Shown here: positions 36,567 through 49,524 of the stretch, piece by piece
Position numbering within the stretch: the stretch's first letter is position 1
Layout of the letters: every line of letters starts with the position of its first letter
From: Camelus dromedarius
Lineage: Eukaryota
DNA length: 64,000 nt
Direction of reading: 5' to 3'
Assembly: GCF_036321535.1 (NCBI RefSeq)
Contig: NC_087437.1
Coordinates: 53,384,001-53,448,000 of the forward strand
Made by a program: the position numbers and the translations under genes
Notes under the pieces: generated by a model
Told to the model about the DNA's origin: nothing
Databases searched by the model: none
Seen by the model: only the letters and a program-made list of their open reading frames with translations

Positions 36567-39500
36567 GTGAGGAATGGCCCCTGGCAGAGCTGAGTGGGAG
36601 GTGACGTACCAGGGGCAAATATGACTCTGGTCCCCGAGCCTGTCGCTTTGCACAGTGGACTGGCTTTGGTCAGGGCTGTCTGTTTCATTTCCGAGTTGCT
36701 CTAACTGTTCTTTTTCCCCTCAAACTAATGTTTGGCATTAGTATGTCCTTAACTCTGAACCAGCCTATAAGTACTTATAAGCACTTCTGTGGAGCCCAAT
36801 CAAATGCTAAGCCCTTAAAAGAGAAAGATTAGAATAAACCATGGGCCTTGCTCTCAAGGAAATCCTAAGTGGCTCACATGCACACGTAGGTGAACTGTGT
36901 AAGACAGGATGTCTTCAAGTGACCGAGTGAGTGGTATAGATGCTGGAATGATCTGATGAAAGGAGATCTATTAAGATGGGATGGGAGAGGGCTTCAACTG
37001 GGTCCTGAGTAATGAGCAGGATCTGAATAGGACGATGGCCTTGGTAACGGCATCCCAGAAGAATTCCAGGCATACCGCCTCTGTGTGGGGAGGGAATCAG
37101 GAAGGAAGGTGTTAGGGACCAATTGAACAGAAGCAGGGGGTCTCCAGAAGTTCTCTGTGAGCTTGGGAGCAGCCATCATCTTGGAAGAGAGACTGTAGGC
37201 TTATCTTGAAGAGAGCAAGCCTGTTCTTTCCACTTAAATTATATGCTCATTTTGGAGTGGATTTGAGGGCTTGATGGATATTATGGAGGGAGGCCTCCCT
37301 CTCCATCACCTCAAAAAATAACCTACCCTTTGGTAGGACCACTGAAATCAGGGAGGCTAGACCATGGGGAACCAAAGAGGACAAGCAGAGACATTTATAC
37401 TTTCTAAACTGTTAGAGAGAGAGGCATGAAAGGTTGCAGAGAACAAGAGTGCAGGAATTCAGGATTCAGCTAACAATTTAGTGACCATCAGTCCCATTCC
37501 AGGCTCTCTGTCACCAGATGAATTGGCATAGTGCTACCTCTGAGTGGGAATTTGGAGGGTGGGTGAGAGGGCTCACTGTGTGCCTAGGGAGATGGAGGCA
37601 GGTGGCAGGGACACAAACTAGGAGCTACTTCACGTGTTCAGGAACGAGGACATGAGGACCAGCCCCGGGCAATGGGAATTAGGGCAATGAGAGTGAAGAA
37701 AAGACGAGAGATGTTTCAAAGAAAGACCATTTAAGGTCTGGTGACCGGACAGTCTTTAAAGACTAAGCCAAAGCTAAAGACGAAGAAGAAGCAATAAATA
37801 TAATGGTGTCATGGACCAGACAAGGGAAGTTGAGGGGGGGAGTTGGTTTGTAAGAGAAGAGGGTGAATTTAGCTTTGGGCAAGTTGAAATCAAGGCAAGA
37901 AATCCAAGTTCAGGAATAGAGCTGCATGAGAGGATACAACCACACACCCAGACTGGAGGCCATGACGTGGCTGCCATCACACATTCTAGGCTGGTACCTT
38001 CAACACCTCCGTCCAAACCAACACTGCTTTGTAGTGACGGCTTTTGGAAATTCATGGGCAAGGGGAGGGGATAGATCAAGTGGTAGAGCGCATGCTTATC
38101 ATACATGAGGGCCTGGGTTCAATCCACAGTTCCTCCTCCAAAAATAACCCAATTACCTCCCCCCACAAAAATCAACAAAAAATAAAATAAATAAAATCAA
38201 GCCCCTTCTCTCAAAAAAAAAAAAAAAATTCAAGGGCAGAAGCAACATCGTGACCAGTTAAACAGAACATTTGGAAGTAACACTTTGAACTTTTTATTTA
38301 CATAAACAGATCAAATGACACAAAGGTAGGACATATGCAATGACTTGCAGAGGAGCAGGAACTCCATTTAAGAAATAAAGAGATTGTTTTTATTGAAGAA
38401 GCTCTGAGCTCCCACGTGCCACTCACCCACTGTTTTCTTGGCGTTTCCCAGGAATCCATAGCGGTCTATTATTTAGTCTTGGACGTGAAAGAATCTGACT
38501 GCCCGGTCCTAAGCAGGAAACACTGGGATGACTGTGAGCTAGATTTTTCTAGACGTCCATCTGACATAGTAAGTAAACCAGGTACAGTTCTCTTCCTCTT
38601 AGCGTTCTTGACTTCTGTCTGTTCTGCTCGCCCAGGGCAGCCGCACACCGGGGCTACCAAGTAAAAGAGTAAGAGCAGCTTCTGCCCTTGACTCATGAAG
38701 ACTCTGTTAACCTTCAGTAATATTTCTTGAGAGCCATCCCCGGGAACTCAGTTCAAGATAAGTCAGTGGGGTTTGTGGCCCTTGCGATAGCACGACCAGC
38801 TGTGAGACCGTGGACAAATCACCTAACGTCTAGGAACCTATGAACTTTTAACTGTGTCCTATGAATACTGGTCCCACTCACACAAATGACCAAAGGGCTT
38901 AGTTGCAGTCAGCACGAGGAATAGGGTCTTGTTCTGCACACTGCACGTGGGTACTCGGATCCCAGGCTCTCTGCCACAGGAGGAGGACACAAGATGAAAC
39001 TGAGCACAGACATAAGGTTTCAGTTCCGGAAAATAAGACGTTTACATACACAGGAGTGTGAACATTTTTTTCCTCTTGAAAATGGGATATGGCCGTGATC
39101 TATTTAAACAGTTTCTCCAGGGTCCTCCTGAGGGTTTGGATGCTTATAGCATCCAGCTCGCGGAAACATACTAAGAAAATACAGGTTTCGACAGAGGATT
39201 TGGTGAGAGAAAGTACAAATAAATTTTAAATGGATAGTAGGAGTATGTTGCCTCATTTTTTTCTCACATCATGCAATTTAAATTTTAATATTAGCTCATA
39301 AAAACAGCTTTATAGATATAGTTCATACACCATTAAGTTCACCCTTGTAAAGTGTACAATTGAATGGTTTTTCGTATATTCACAGAGTTGTTTGACCGTC
39401 ACTACTATGTAATCGCACTCCATTTTCACCATCCCAGAAAGAAACCCTCCCATGAGTATTCCTCTTCATTGACCTCTCCCTCCATCCTCTGCAACCAATA

Positions 39501-42500
39501 ATCTGCTTTCTGCCTCCATGGATTTGCCTATTCTGGACATTCCATGTAACCGGAATCACACATGTGGCCTTTTGTGTCTGCCTTCTTTCATTTAGCGTAA
39601 GGTTTCCAAGGTTCATCTGTGTTGGAACAATTGTCAACTTCATTCCTTTTATGCCAGAATAATCTTCCATTTTATGGACATATCATATTGTGTTTATCCA
39701 TTCTTTTGTTAATGGACATTTGTGTATTTTCCACTTTTTTGTTACTTGTGAATAATGCTACTATGAACATTGGTGGTATTAGCTTGTTTGTTTTGTTTTT
39801 TTTTAAACATTTCTTTAATTGAAGTATAGCGGAGTTATAATATTGTATTAGTTTCTGGTGTCCAGCATAGTGATTCAGTTATACATACATATATATATTT
39901 TTTGTGTGTTCTTTCTCATTACAAGTTACTTCAAGCCGTTGACTACAGTTCCCTGTGCTGTACAGCGGGACCTGTTGCTGCCTCACTGTTTTGTTCGCTC
40001 ATATTCAGCCTGAGGAAAGCAGGATGCAGTAACCTACGCCCCTCTTTCTTACAGGTGATCGGACAGTGTAAGGTGATAGCTACAACATGTTTGGATGAAT
40101 CTCAGGATCTCAGAGTGAATGACTTTAACTGCACCACAAGTTCTGGTATGGTCATCTGTTAAAACTCCAATTAATTCTAAATTAATATAAGACTCAGTCA
40201 CACAGTGGTGTTCCTCATAGAAGACTGTGACGTGCAGATCAGGAATCTTCCTGCCCTTATGGACTCCGTTATTGCTTGCTCTCTTGAGGAGAGAAAGGAG
40301 AAGGATTTCCCCTGTTACTGGCATAGCTTCCTTTAAATAAATTCAATATATAAAAGTAGAAATTTGCAAGAGGCTCTGAGGCATCATGGTAGAGAAAGGA
40401 GGCGCTGGGGTCAGATACATGTGCATTTTAATCCCGACCTCATTACTTACGATGTGTGTGGTCTTGAGGGCACGTTACTTAACTTCGTCAAGCTTTCCTC
40501 CTTTGTGAAATGAAGATCATAATAGAATTATCCCTTCGGGTACTTCTCAGAATGAAATAAGGTCTATGTAATACACTTGGCAACACTTAGCTCTCAAGTA
40601 TTGACTTCAGCATCTGAAAGTTGTACATATGGTATCTCATTTATTCTCACAAGACTATGAAGTAAAGATTATGATACTTTCTGTTTTAGTAAAATAACTG
40701 AGGCTCAAAGAGATTCAATGACCTGACCTCGGAAACACAGTCAAAGTGTGGCTGGACTATTCCATCAGTGTGGACTCTAAATTCCATGCCCTTTTAATTT
40801 ATTTTTTCAAAAAGAATTATCACAGAATTCCTTTTACACTAGTAAGTCTTAACATGGTTCAATATACAAAAATTCAACAGCCGTGCAACTCCCTCAGGAG
40901 GTTGCCTTAAAGAAAAATTGAGCTGTGTCCCCTCTCTCTCTGGGCAAAACTTTATCTTCACGATGCCTCTCTCTGCTTGGCTTGAACAGGAAGAGTTCAC
41001 TAAAATATTAACATTTTGAGTATTGGGGGGCATCACGATAGGGGTCACAAGAGACACTTGACCATCAGAAGGATCTGGGTTTAAGTTTAGTGCTGCTACT
41101 GATCGGCTGATTTGATCTTGGACAAGATACTTAACTTTTCTAACCCTCAATTTGTTCATCTGTAAAATGGAAGCTATTGTTATTCTCACAACCATGTTTA
41201 TAAATATTAAGTCCCAGTGTCCGTATTGCTGCTTCCAACCCAGTAACTGCAAAGCTGCCAACTTCTTTCTCCAGTCTCCTCGGCACTGGCCAACACTAAA
41301 GACAGTCCAGTACTCTTTGATTTCTTTGAGGACACTGAGCTCTACAGAGAAGAAGCTGACAAAGCTCTGGAGAAGTACAAAAAGGAGAATAGTGACTTTG
41401 CCTCTTTCAGAGTGGACCAAGTGAAGAGAGTTTCAAGAGCGGTGAGTCCCCACTCAGGTTTAGCTAGAGTCTGAGGGCCCAGGCTCCAACCCAGCGGTGG
41501 AAACTCAGCAGCACCAACCCTCCCGCTGGCCTCACTCAGCAGCTGCCTTTTGAATAGAGACCCCTGTTGCAGCCTCCACTGACAGGACTGCCCTCAGTTT
41601 TTGGAGTTGTAGGGAGGTGTGAATATCTAACAGGGAAAAGGGAAAACCCAAATGAGAAAGAGGGCAAGACAGAAGTGCGTAATAGGGTGATGAGTCATTA
41701 AAATCATCTGGTCTGAACCTCCTTGTATTATGATGGAAAACCGAGGCTCAGAGCTCCTATCTCCCACAGCCAGCGGTGTGACTGGAGCTAGACAGTTCTG
41801 CTCCCAGTCTAGGGACCTGAGTGCTTCCCACCCAGAGTCATCTCAGAGCGCAGTTAGTTGATGTCTGTCATGCATTTTGAAAACACAAAGTTAAATAGAG
41901 CATGGTGCCTACATGCAATGGAATGAGTACAATGCAACTCTTAAAAACCATGTTTTGGAGGTATATGCACTGGAAAGAGCTTCAAGATAAGTTGCTAAAG
42001 GAAAAAGCAGGCTGTAGAACAATACTTAGACTATGAGCCCATTCATATTAAATAATTAGGTATATCTGTGTGTGGGCAACAAACAGGAAAACGCTGGAAG
42101 GAGAAACCCATCAAATGGGTGACTGGTACCTCTGAGAAGGAGGGGTTGGGGTGCAGGAAGGACGATTTTTTTCACACTGTGCTTGATTACATCTGTATTA
42201 TTTTACCTTTTCAATGAAATAGTATTCACCTTACCTATCACTCTTGTGACAGATTTGTAAAAGGCAGAGGATATAAGAAAAATGGCTCATACTGGGGATT
42301 TTGAATTCTCATGGTGCTTTACAGTATATTGGACAGTAGGAATCTACTGCTTTTTTTTTTTTTAAACGTTTCACATTCCTGAAACGTCTTTGATCCAATT
42401 TGTTCCAGAGAGGAGAAGAGAGAACCAATTACTACGTGGACTTCTCAGTGAGGAACTGCTCCAGATACCACTTTCCAGGGTACTTTCATGTGAGTAGAAT

Positions 42501-45500
42501 AAGCATACGTGAAATACTGGGGAACATTCAGAGACTACTTACTTCGTGCCAGGCACCCTTCTGAGTGCTTTACATATGTGCACGTATTAACTCCACCTTC
42601 ACCCAATGAAATAGATAGTTTTATTCCTGATTTACAGATGGGGAAACTGAGGCACAGACAAGTGAATCATGAGAATATAATTTATATTATATATGACATA
42701 TACCTAAACTTAATTTTTTTACCCATTAGGATTAAAGATGTAGCGAAAACTAATAACTAGCTTGTATTAAGTATGAACTGATACCTGGGGGTGGGTGCGG
42801 GTTTAGCTCAGTGGTAGAGTGTGTTCTTAACATACACAGGGTCCTGGGTTCAATCCCCAGTACTGCCATTTAAATAAATAACCTATTCCTCCTCCCCTGA
42901 AAAGAAACAATTAAATTAAAAACAAAAAAGAACTGACACCCAAGGGTGCTTTCACCACTTCACCTCATTTACTCCGGACAGTGACCCATCTGACAATTGA
43001 GGTGGTAACTGAGGCTCAGCAAAGTCAGGATCCTGCTTGATGTTCATAACCCAGCTGAGATTAGCATCCAGTCCTCTAGATGCTTGGTCCCGTGGGAGCA
43101 TTCCCCTAATCACTTATACATTGAAACTCTGGTACCTGCAGGAGGGTCTTGACACTTGGCATTCAGAGTTTGCAAACCACATATATTATTGCCTCATTGG
43201 AGCCCTATGACAACCCCTCTGAGGAGAAGCTAGTGTCTGCCTCTGTTTCCCTGGGACAGAAGGGCCTAGAAATTTAAACACTTACCTAAAGGCACTTAGC
43301 TGGAAAGTATTAGGACACAGGATTTGAATGGTGGCTTCTGATTTCAAGTCCAGGATTTTTCTGATGTTTGGTAACACATTCTACAGGACTGAAAGAAAGG
43401 AGGCAGTCATCAGTACCTTTTCCGGCTGTTCGACTTTTCAGCCTGAAACAGTTCTATAGTCCTGCTGAGTAGCTACCAGAAAAGACACCTCCTCCCCAAC
43501 TCCCATCCCCACAAGCCCCTTTCTTGGTGTGGGGAATGTGAACTCGTGCAGAAACATGGTGGATGTTGGAGATGAGGATCTCGAGCCTAAGTGTTCTCCA
43601 GCATCATCTCACTTAATTAAGCCTCTCGCAGCCTGTGAGTAGTTAGTATGATAAAACGAGTGTTTTACAAAAACTAAGTTTCAGAAATTTTATGTAACTC
43701 CCTTAAACTCACAACTAGTAAACAGTGAAGCCAGGATTAACATAGGTCTGTCCGATTCCAAAACTGTACTCAGAATCTCAGTGCTTAAAAGTCTCTTTTA
43801 AGAAAGAGTTCTCTTCTGGTCCTAATCTAACTTTGACAGCTGAGTGTAGGGGCCTCTGGGACATAGGCATGCCAGCCACTTGTAGCCTTGGAACTCAGGA
43901 TAGGGTCAGCAGACCGTCACTTTGACAGGGTCTGTGCAATCCTACATTTATACTGGCTCCTTCCTTTCCAGCACTTTCCTCCAAGAAGCCAGATGAAGTT
44001 GTGCAAATACTTCTTCTACATCACTCTTCACTCTCTCTAGGCCCAGGCAACTCAGGTCTTCAAGTTGAAGGCTGGCCTGGAGGCAAGGCATCAATGACAT
44101 GGTGCTCCTCCCACAGCCCCTGGGGAAGCCCAGCACTGGAGACCATTAGTGGAAGACCACAGCAACTGGGAATGAAACCCACTGGAACCTGCACTTTCCC
44201 CAAAGTGTTGACTAGGAAAGATGGTTAAATAGCTGATGGGGAGATTTGATAATATTACCCAGATTTTTCTAAAGCCTGTCTTCCTCTCCCAAATGTCTGG
44301 AAGTTCAAGACAAGAACTGGGCATCTTCATACCACCTGCACACACATGCTCAAATACACACACAGAGACACTAGCAGGTTTCTGTCTTCTTTGTAGGTCT
44401 TTGGATTCTGCAGAGCGTATTTATCCTATGATGCAGAAGCCTTTGACTTGGCACCCCAAAACATTGTCATAAACTGTGAAGTCTTCAACCCTAAGGTGGG
44501 TACCTAAGTAGCCTTTGTCATGAGCAATGCCAAATTAAGTGCTGTTTTCACACACATAGTATATTTGGTTCTTATGGCTCTTTGTGTGTAGTATGTATGG
44601 GTGTGTGTGTGAGAGAGAGAGATGAAGGATGATGGGGAGGAGAAATACAGAGAGAATAGGCCCCAGGGGAAAGTACAGGTGCTGGTATGACACAAAAAGA
44701 ATGAAATTTTTTCTAAGAATTGGGGAGGGATAATATTTGCCAGAAAAGTAAAATCATAACCAATTCAAGCAGCCTTTGATGAACTTGAAAGTGGCCTTGG
44801 AGTCAGGACTCCAGGGCTGACTCTTAATAATTTCTGGCTTTTATTAATAGGCATAGAACCTAAGAAGAATGAATGAACTTAAAATTTACTATATAAAGGT
44901 ATATGAAATAAGATTCAAAACAATATTTTACATAGGTCCCAGACAGCTTTATTCTAAACCAAGATATCCTTCACAGAGTTTTGTTTTTGTTTTGTTTTAT
45001 TTTTTGGTTGAGGGGGTGGTACTTAGGTTTGTTTGTTTGTTTGTTTTTTAATTATTTATGTATTTAATGGAGGTGCTGGGGATTGAATCCAGGACCTCGT
45101 GCATGCTAGGCATCACTCTATCACTGAGCTATACCTCCCTCTCACAGTATTTTTGATATCAGCAAAAAGAACAAACAAACAAAAACTGACCATGATCCAA
45201 ATGTCCATGTACCAAACCAAAAAAAAAAAAAGGAAGAGAACAGGTTTGAACATGGTTCCATAAATTTCTTTAAAATTAAAATCTAAACAAGAAGAAATAA
45301 GAAGAGGTGACATGCTTATCCTTTAGAAAGAGATCTTTCTACCATAAAGCCTCAACTCTCTTGAGAATATAAATTATAAAGCACTAGTTTCCCAAATGTT
45401 GGTCCACAGATGAGTACCATTCTATAGTATAATTTCACCAGTTTATGTTGAAATGAGAAGAAGAAGAAGAAGATGACATTTATTCCATCAAAAGGACCAT

Positions 45501-46542
45501 CCTTGAATCTGAGATTACCTTTCTGACTCTTCGGTTACCAAGATATTATTCCTATTGTGAAATAATGATGGTGGTAGATGATAGTTTTGTTTGTATTTAA
45601 AATGCCAACTTGGCTAGATAAGAATTTGAGGAACCCTTTTTTGGTATCCTACTTTTAAAATTAATTGTAGAATTTAAAAGTGTGGGAGCCATTGGTCTAA
45701 ATTAAACATCTAACTTCTTTTGTGTTACATGATGATATACACTTTATTGTGTCCTTCACCAGGAGCACCATTTGGGCCATCCCCTCCACTCTGGTGAGCA
45801 TGAACATCCTCCTGCTGACAGGCCTCCATTTAAGCCTGGTGGACCTAGAGGTCACCGTCATCCCTGTAAGCCACATGAATTTGGATGCCCACCTCCTCTA
45901 GAAGGCAAAAGTCACTCAGGCAGACCACCATTTCCAGCAGGACCTCCTCCACCATTTCCAGCAGGACCTCCTCCACCATTTCCCCCTCCAGGGTTAAGAT
46001 GCCGTCACCCTTACTTTGGCACCAATGGGGCCCATGGACCCCCTCATAATTATAGTTCAAGTGAGCATCATCCCTATGGACACCGTCCCCATGGACACCA
46101 TCCCCATGGACACCACCCCCATGGACACCATCCCCATGGACACCGTCCCCATGGACACCATCCCCATGGACACCATCCCCATGGCCATGATTTCCATGAC
46201 CATGGACCCTGTGACCCACCACCCCATAACCAAGGTCCCAAAGACCACCATCGTCGTGGCCCACCACCTAGGCACTCAGGAGAAAGAGGTCCAGGTAAAG
46301 GACATTTTCCCTTCCATTGGAGACAAATTGGATATGTTCACCGACTCCCTCCACTAAAGACAGGTGAAGTTCTTCCTCTTCCCGGAGCCAATTTTCCCAG
46401 CTTCTCATTGCCAAACCACAATAATCCCCTACAACCAGAGATTCAGCCCTTTCCTCAATCAGCCTCTGAATCATGTCCAGGGACATTCAACAATGAATTT
46501 CTACACATCTCAAAGTTTTTTGCATATACATCTCTAAAATAA
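36375..46542 (+). CDS. HRG: Histidine-rich glycoprotein, full gene span (7 coding exons, 1527 nt, 508 aa)
   Basis: Exons of 192+117+91+167+81+99+780 nt join in frame. VSPTDC N-terminus, two cystatin domains, Pro-rich regions, GHHPH repeats, C-terminal SESCPG. Confidence 0.98.
38061..38228 (+). mobile_element. tRNA-Ala-derived SINE (Vic-1-like), HRG intron 1
   Basis: TSD aaattcatgggca / aaattcaagggca, long A tail. Confidence 0.88.
38452..38568 (+). CDS. HRG: HRG exon 2 (ESIAVYYLVLDVKESDCPVLSRKHWDDC...SDI)
   Basis: tttcccag acceptor, gtaagt donor, 117 nt. Confidence 0.95.
39290..39985 (-). mobile_element. L1 3'-end fragments, HRG intron 2
   Basis: Older L1 3'UTR (39290-39780) followed by a younger L1 tail (39810-39985). 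Confidence 0.75.
40055..40145 (+). CDS. HRG: HRG exon 3 (VIGQCKVIATTCLDESQDLRVNDFNCTTSS)
   Basis: ttcttacag acceptor, gtatgg donor, 91 nt. Confidence 0.95.
41275..41441 (+). CDS. HRG: HRG exon 4 (VSSALANTKDSPVLFDFFEDTE...RVSRA)
   Basis: tttctccag acceptor, gtgagt donor, 167 nt. Confidence 0.95.
42409..42489 (+). CDS. HRG: HRG exon 5 (RGEERTNYYVDFSVRNCSRYHFPGYFH)
   Basis: tgttccag acceptor, gtgagt donor, 81 nt. Confidence 0.94.
42787..42930 (+). mobile_element. tRNA-Ala-derived SINE (Vic-1-like), HRG intron 5
   Basis: TSD gaactgatacc / gaactgacacc. Confidence 0.88.
44397..44495 (+). CDS. HRG: HRG exon 6 (VFGFCRAYLSYDAEAFDLAPQNIVINCEVFNPK)
   Basis: ctttgtag acceptor, gtgggt donor, 99 nt. 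Confidence 0.94.
44977..45141 (-). mobile_element. tRNA-Ala-derived SINE (Vic-1-like), HRG intron 6
   Basis: Head and (TAAA/CAAA)n tail, TSD-like tcacag. Confidence 0.88.
45763..46542 (+). CDS. HRG: HRG exon 7 (Pro-rich region 1, His-rich region, Pro-rich region 2, C-terminal domain)
   Basis: ttcaccag acceptor, open frame to TAA at 46540-46542. Matches the 256-aa ORF in the track. Confidence 0.96.
   Translation, partial: EHHLGHPLHSGEHEHPPADRPPFKPGGPRGHRHPCKPHEFGCPPPLEGKSHSGRPPFPAGPPPPFPAGPPPPFPPPGLRCRHPYFGTNGAHGPPHNYSSSEHHPYGHRPHGHHPHGHHPHGHHPHGHRPHGHHPHGHHPHGHDFHDHGPCDPPPHNQGPKDHHRRGPPPRHSGERGPGKGHFPFHWRQIGYVHRLPPLKTGEVLPLPGANFPSFSLPNHNNPLQPEIQPFPQSASESCPGTFNNEFLHISKFFAYTSLK
45925..45983 (+). 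repeat. Perfect 24-bp coding tandem duplication (PPFPAGPP x2 plus partial third copy)
   Basis: CCACCATTTCCAGCAGGACCTCCT occurs twice, then CCACCATTTCC. Confidence 0.95.
46078..46182 (+). repeat. Coding 15-bp minisatellite, 7 units of GGACACCATCCCCAT (GHHPH/GHRPH)
   Basis: Read directly. Flanked by degenerate EHHPY and GHDFH units. Confidence 0.97.
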
Positions 46543-46619
46543 AATCTGATGTCCTTGATTGGGGCAAAATGAATCATGTTCTGAATTAGAACCATAAATA
46601 AAATGTGACCAGTAATAAA
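46538..46619 (+). terminator. HRG polyadenylation signals
   Basis: AATAAA at 46538-46543 (overlapping the stop), 46597-46602 and 46614-46619. Confidence 0.75.
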
Positions 46620-47910
46620 TGCAAAATTACAAGTGATTGTAAACTTACTTTCATACTAAGGATGGGGCAAAATGTGAGTGGGAGAGGAAACAGCATGAGA
46701 AGAGAGAGACAAACAGAAAGAAGAGGAAAGATCTCAGTGCTACAGATTAGAAGTTAATTCCATCACTGACTACCACACCACTTGAGCAAATCTCTGACCC
46801 TCAGAATTTCTTTCTTTCCTGGACTTACCTCCTTTAATTCTAGAATCTTTCCTCTACTAGTTCCTATGCTGCAGCGGGGCATGCCAAGGAGGGATGTATT
46901 CTCACTTAAAGGAGTATCCGATAAAAGTGACCCAAATTCTCTTCTACTTGTTTTTACTAGTCCTCTCAATTTCCTTTTGGAAAAACAAGTTCTCTATTCA
47001 GTTATGAAGGAAACAAAGCTCGTGCTGTAAATTGCAAAAAAGACTACAAGCAGGAATCGTGACCATAAATTCAGGTGCACAGAAAATATCACTTTATTTT
47101 AAGAATAAATTAATTTCTATTTCAGGTTGCCATCCTCACTGAGCTAACAGGGAGTGGTAGGAGTTCCTGCTACTCTGCTCACAAAGTGGTGCCACGGTGT
47201 TTGGGTGGTGGGCATGAGAAAGAGGTCTGATTCTTTATCACTGGTCCTCCAGGTCCCCCTGCTGAGAAATGTTCACATCCCTCTTTAGTTCTAGCTTATC
47301 TGCTACTTCTGTATCAAACTGGGGATATACGAAGTCTCTGTAAGACCACTAACAGAAATGACTGCCAAGAGATACCAAATGGCGTTCTCTCCCTGAGATC
47401 GTGCTGCCTTCCAGGCGACATCTCCAGAAAGCAGGGCAGAGGTGTTCTCTGCTTCAGAAGTCTTCTGTTCTTCTCATAGCTTCTCCCCAGGCTAGGGGCT
47501 CTGTCATCTCAGATAACTTCTCTTTATTCATTTTCACTGTCAAAGGAATCTTTTCTATACTGGAATCCTCCTTCTTTTCCCTTCTTCCCAAATCAGGGCT
47601 CAAGCATTTAGACACAGGCTAATAAGACTTTAGATTCTCTCTGCTTGACTTGGTGATGCAGTTTCAGGTGCATGGTGATGACAGAAGGTAGATTCTAAAG
47701 GGATGGGTGAGGTGTTGGGGGGAAAAGCTAAGGGTGAAGGAGACTTGGGTAAGTTCTTAGGCTGGGAAAATGGAGGGGCCTGCAAAGATGGAGAAGCTGG
47801 AGCTGGGAGAGTGAGGAGATGGCTGAAGGGGCATAGTCCAGGAGGAGGTGGAAGGGAATACAAGGCTGATCATGGTGATGTTGCAAGTGAGGAGTCAAAA
47901 ACAGGGCTTG

Positions 47911-48223
47911 GAAGAAGGTGATCAATAGATACAAGCTTCAGTTTAAGATATGTGAGTACCAGGGTGCTTGTACAACATGGTGACTCTCGTTAACACTGCT
48001 CTGTGATATATAGGAAAGTTGTTAAGAGAATAGATTCTAAGAGTTCTCAGCACAAGCAGAATTTTTTTTTCCTTTCTTTTTATTGTATCTGTATGAGATG
48101 ATGAATGTTAACTAAATATTGTGATAATTTCATGATATTTGTAAATCAAAGCATCATGCTGTATACCTTAAACTTATACAGTGATGTATGCCAGTTATTT
48201 CTCAATAAAACTAAAAAAGAAAT
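47911..48223 (+). mobile_element. 5'-truncated L1 3' end inserted in the left palindrome arm
   Basis: L1 3'UTR-type sequence ending ...ctcaataaaactaaaaaagaaa. Degenerate TSD aaaacagggcttgg / aaaacactggagttgg. Confidence 0.85.
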
Positions 48224-48809
48224 TTAAAACACTGGAGTTGGCAGTGTATCCAGGCAATGTAATAAATAGAAAAGAATGTGACTTTGGAGGAGGCTGATCT
48301 GGGTTGTAATCCCAGTCCCACAATTTACTGATTACAAGATATTAAGAAAGTAATTAAACCTCTTTGGGCTTCATCTTTCTTCTCTAAAAAAAAGCAGTAG
48401 TGGTGGCAGAAGCTTTTGTGTAGTGTTTTATAATTTTTATAAAGCCTTTTCCCAAAGGTTGCTTGAGTTATTAAAAATATTACCCAGAAAATATAGAACT
48501 GAATGCTCTCAATTCATTTCAGTTAAAAGCAGTCATAATAGGCAAACACAGTTTCTGCAGGTGAATAACGGAGTAAGAAACAACTCCCGCTTTAGGGATG
48601 TTACATTGTGCTAGAGGTTTAGACCACACACCATTGATTGCTCCTTTTCTAGATTTTTTGGTTACATTATATAAAATGTATATGAATGTTTCTTTAATGT
48701 TTGTTATAATTAGTAAATTGTGGGACTGGGATTAGAACCCAGATCAGTGTCCTTCAAAGTCACATTCTTTCCCATCCTTTATACTCCTGTATACACTGCC
48801 AAGTCCTGT

Positions 48810-49524
48810 TGTAACCGAGCAGGACCCTTTGGGGCTTTCCCGGGACACACCACCCCAGACCCAATGTCCTCTGCCTACCTCTTCTTTGGTCTCCTAGATC
48901 TTCCCTGAGTTCCAAAGAGCAGAATCAAACAGTTATGGGCTAGGGATGTAAGGGAATGCAGAAACAAAGGAAAAGCAAGCCCAACATAGTCTTTTCCATG
49001 ATTATTAGCTTAAACTAATGCCTCGATTTATGACCCCAAACTGTCCTGCAGCTTCCACCAGCTGGCCTTAAAACTGATGACACTGGGAGGGTCAGTTAGG
49101 AACTGAAGCTCCCGAACCATAATGAAAGCTCTAAGTAACTAATAAAATGCCTCAGCCATTGCTTTTGCCCCCTCCTAGAAAGAAGTTAAGGGATCCCAAA
49201 AGCATGATTTGCTAGTTTGCTTTGCAGAAACACATAGATGAGTCACCATAATCAAAGACACATCAAATCACAAGGTGTCTTGCAACTGAGGTCTTATCGG
49301 GAATTTGAAAATCACAAATATCTCCTCTTTACCTTTTTTGCCTTTAAAAGCCTTGTGCCCCAGCCAGCAAGCAAGATGGATTGAGACAAGTCTAGGTCTC
49401 CCATCTTCCAGGTTGGCTCCTCCTCAACCAATAAACCTTTCTTGGATCCAAACTCTGACATTTTGGTGGGGGGTGGGGGGGTTGCTCACAGTACATTGGG
49501 CACATGAACTTGGGTTTGACAACA
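48810..49524 (+). mobile_element. Solo ERV LTR inserted in the right palindrome arm
   Basis: TGTAACC...GACAACA ends, AATAAA near 49430, 4-bp TSD ctgt/cagt. Flanks rejoin to restore the arm. Confidence 0.85.

Noticed and set aside
40839..41420. 193-aa minus-strand ORF overlapping HRG exon 4
   Set aside because: It spans MIR-derived and intronic sequence, has no recognisable domain and is probably a chance ORF.
46063..46197. Regular short repeats resembling a CRISPR array
   Set aside because: They are head-to-tail 15-bp coding units with no unique spacers, forming the HRG His-rich region in a eukaryotic gene.
45845..46357. Alternative-frame and antisense ORFs over HRG exon 7 (GDGVH and MDTIP repeats)
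   Set aside because: They are shadows of the stop-free 15-bp repeat, with no independent support.
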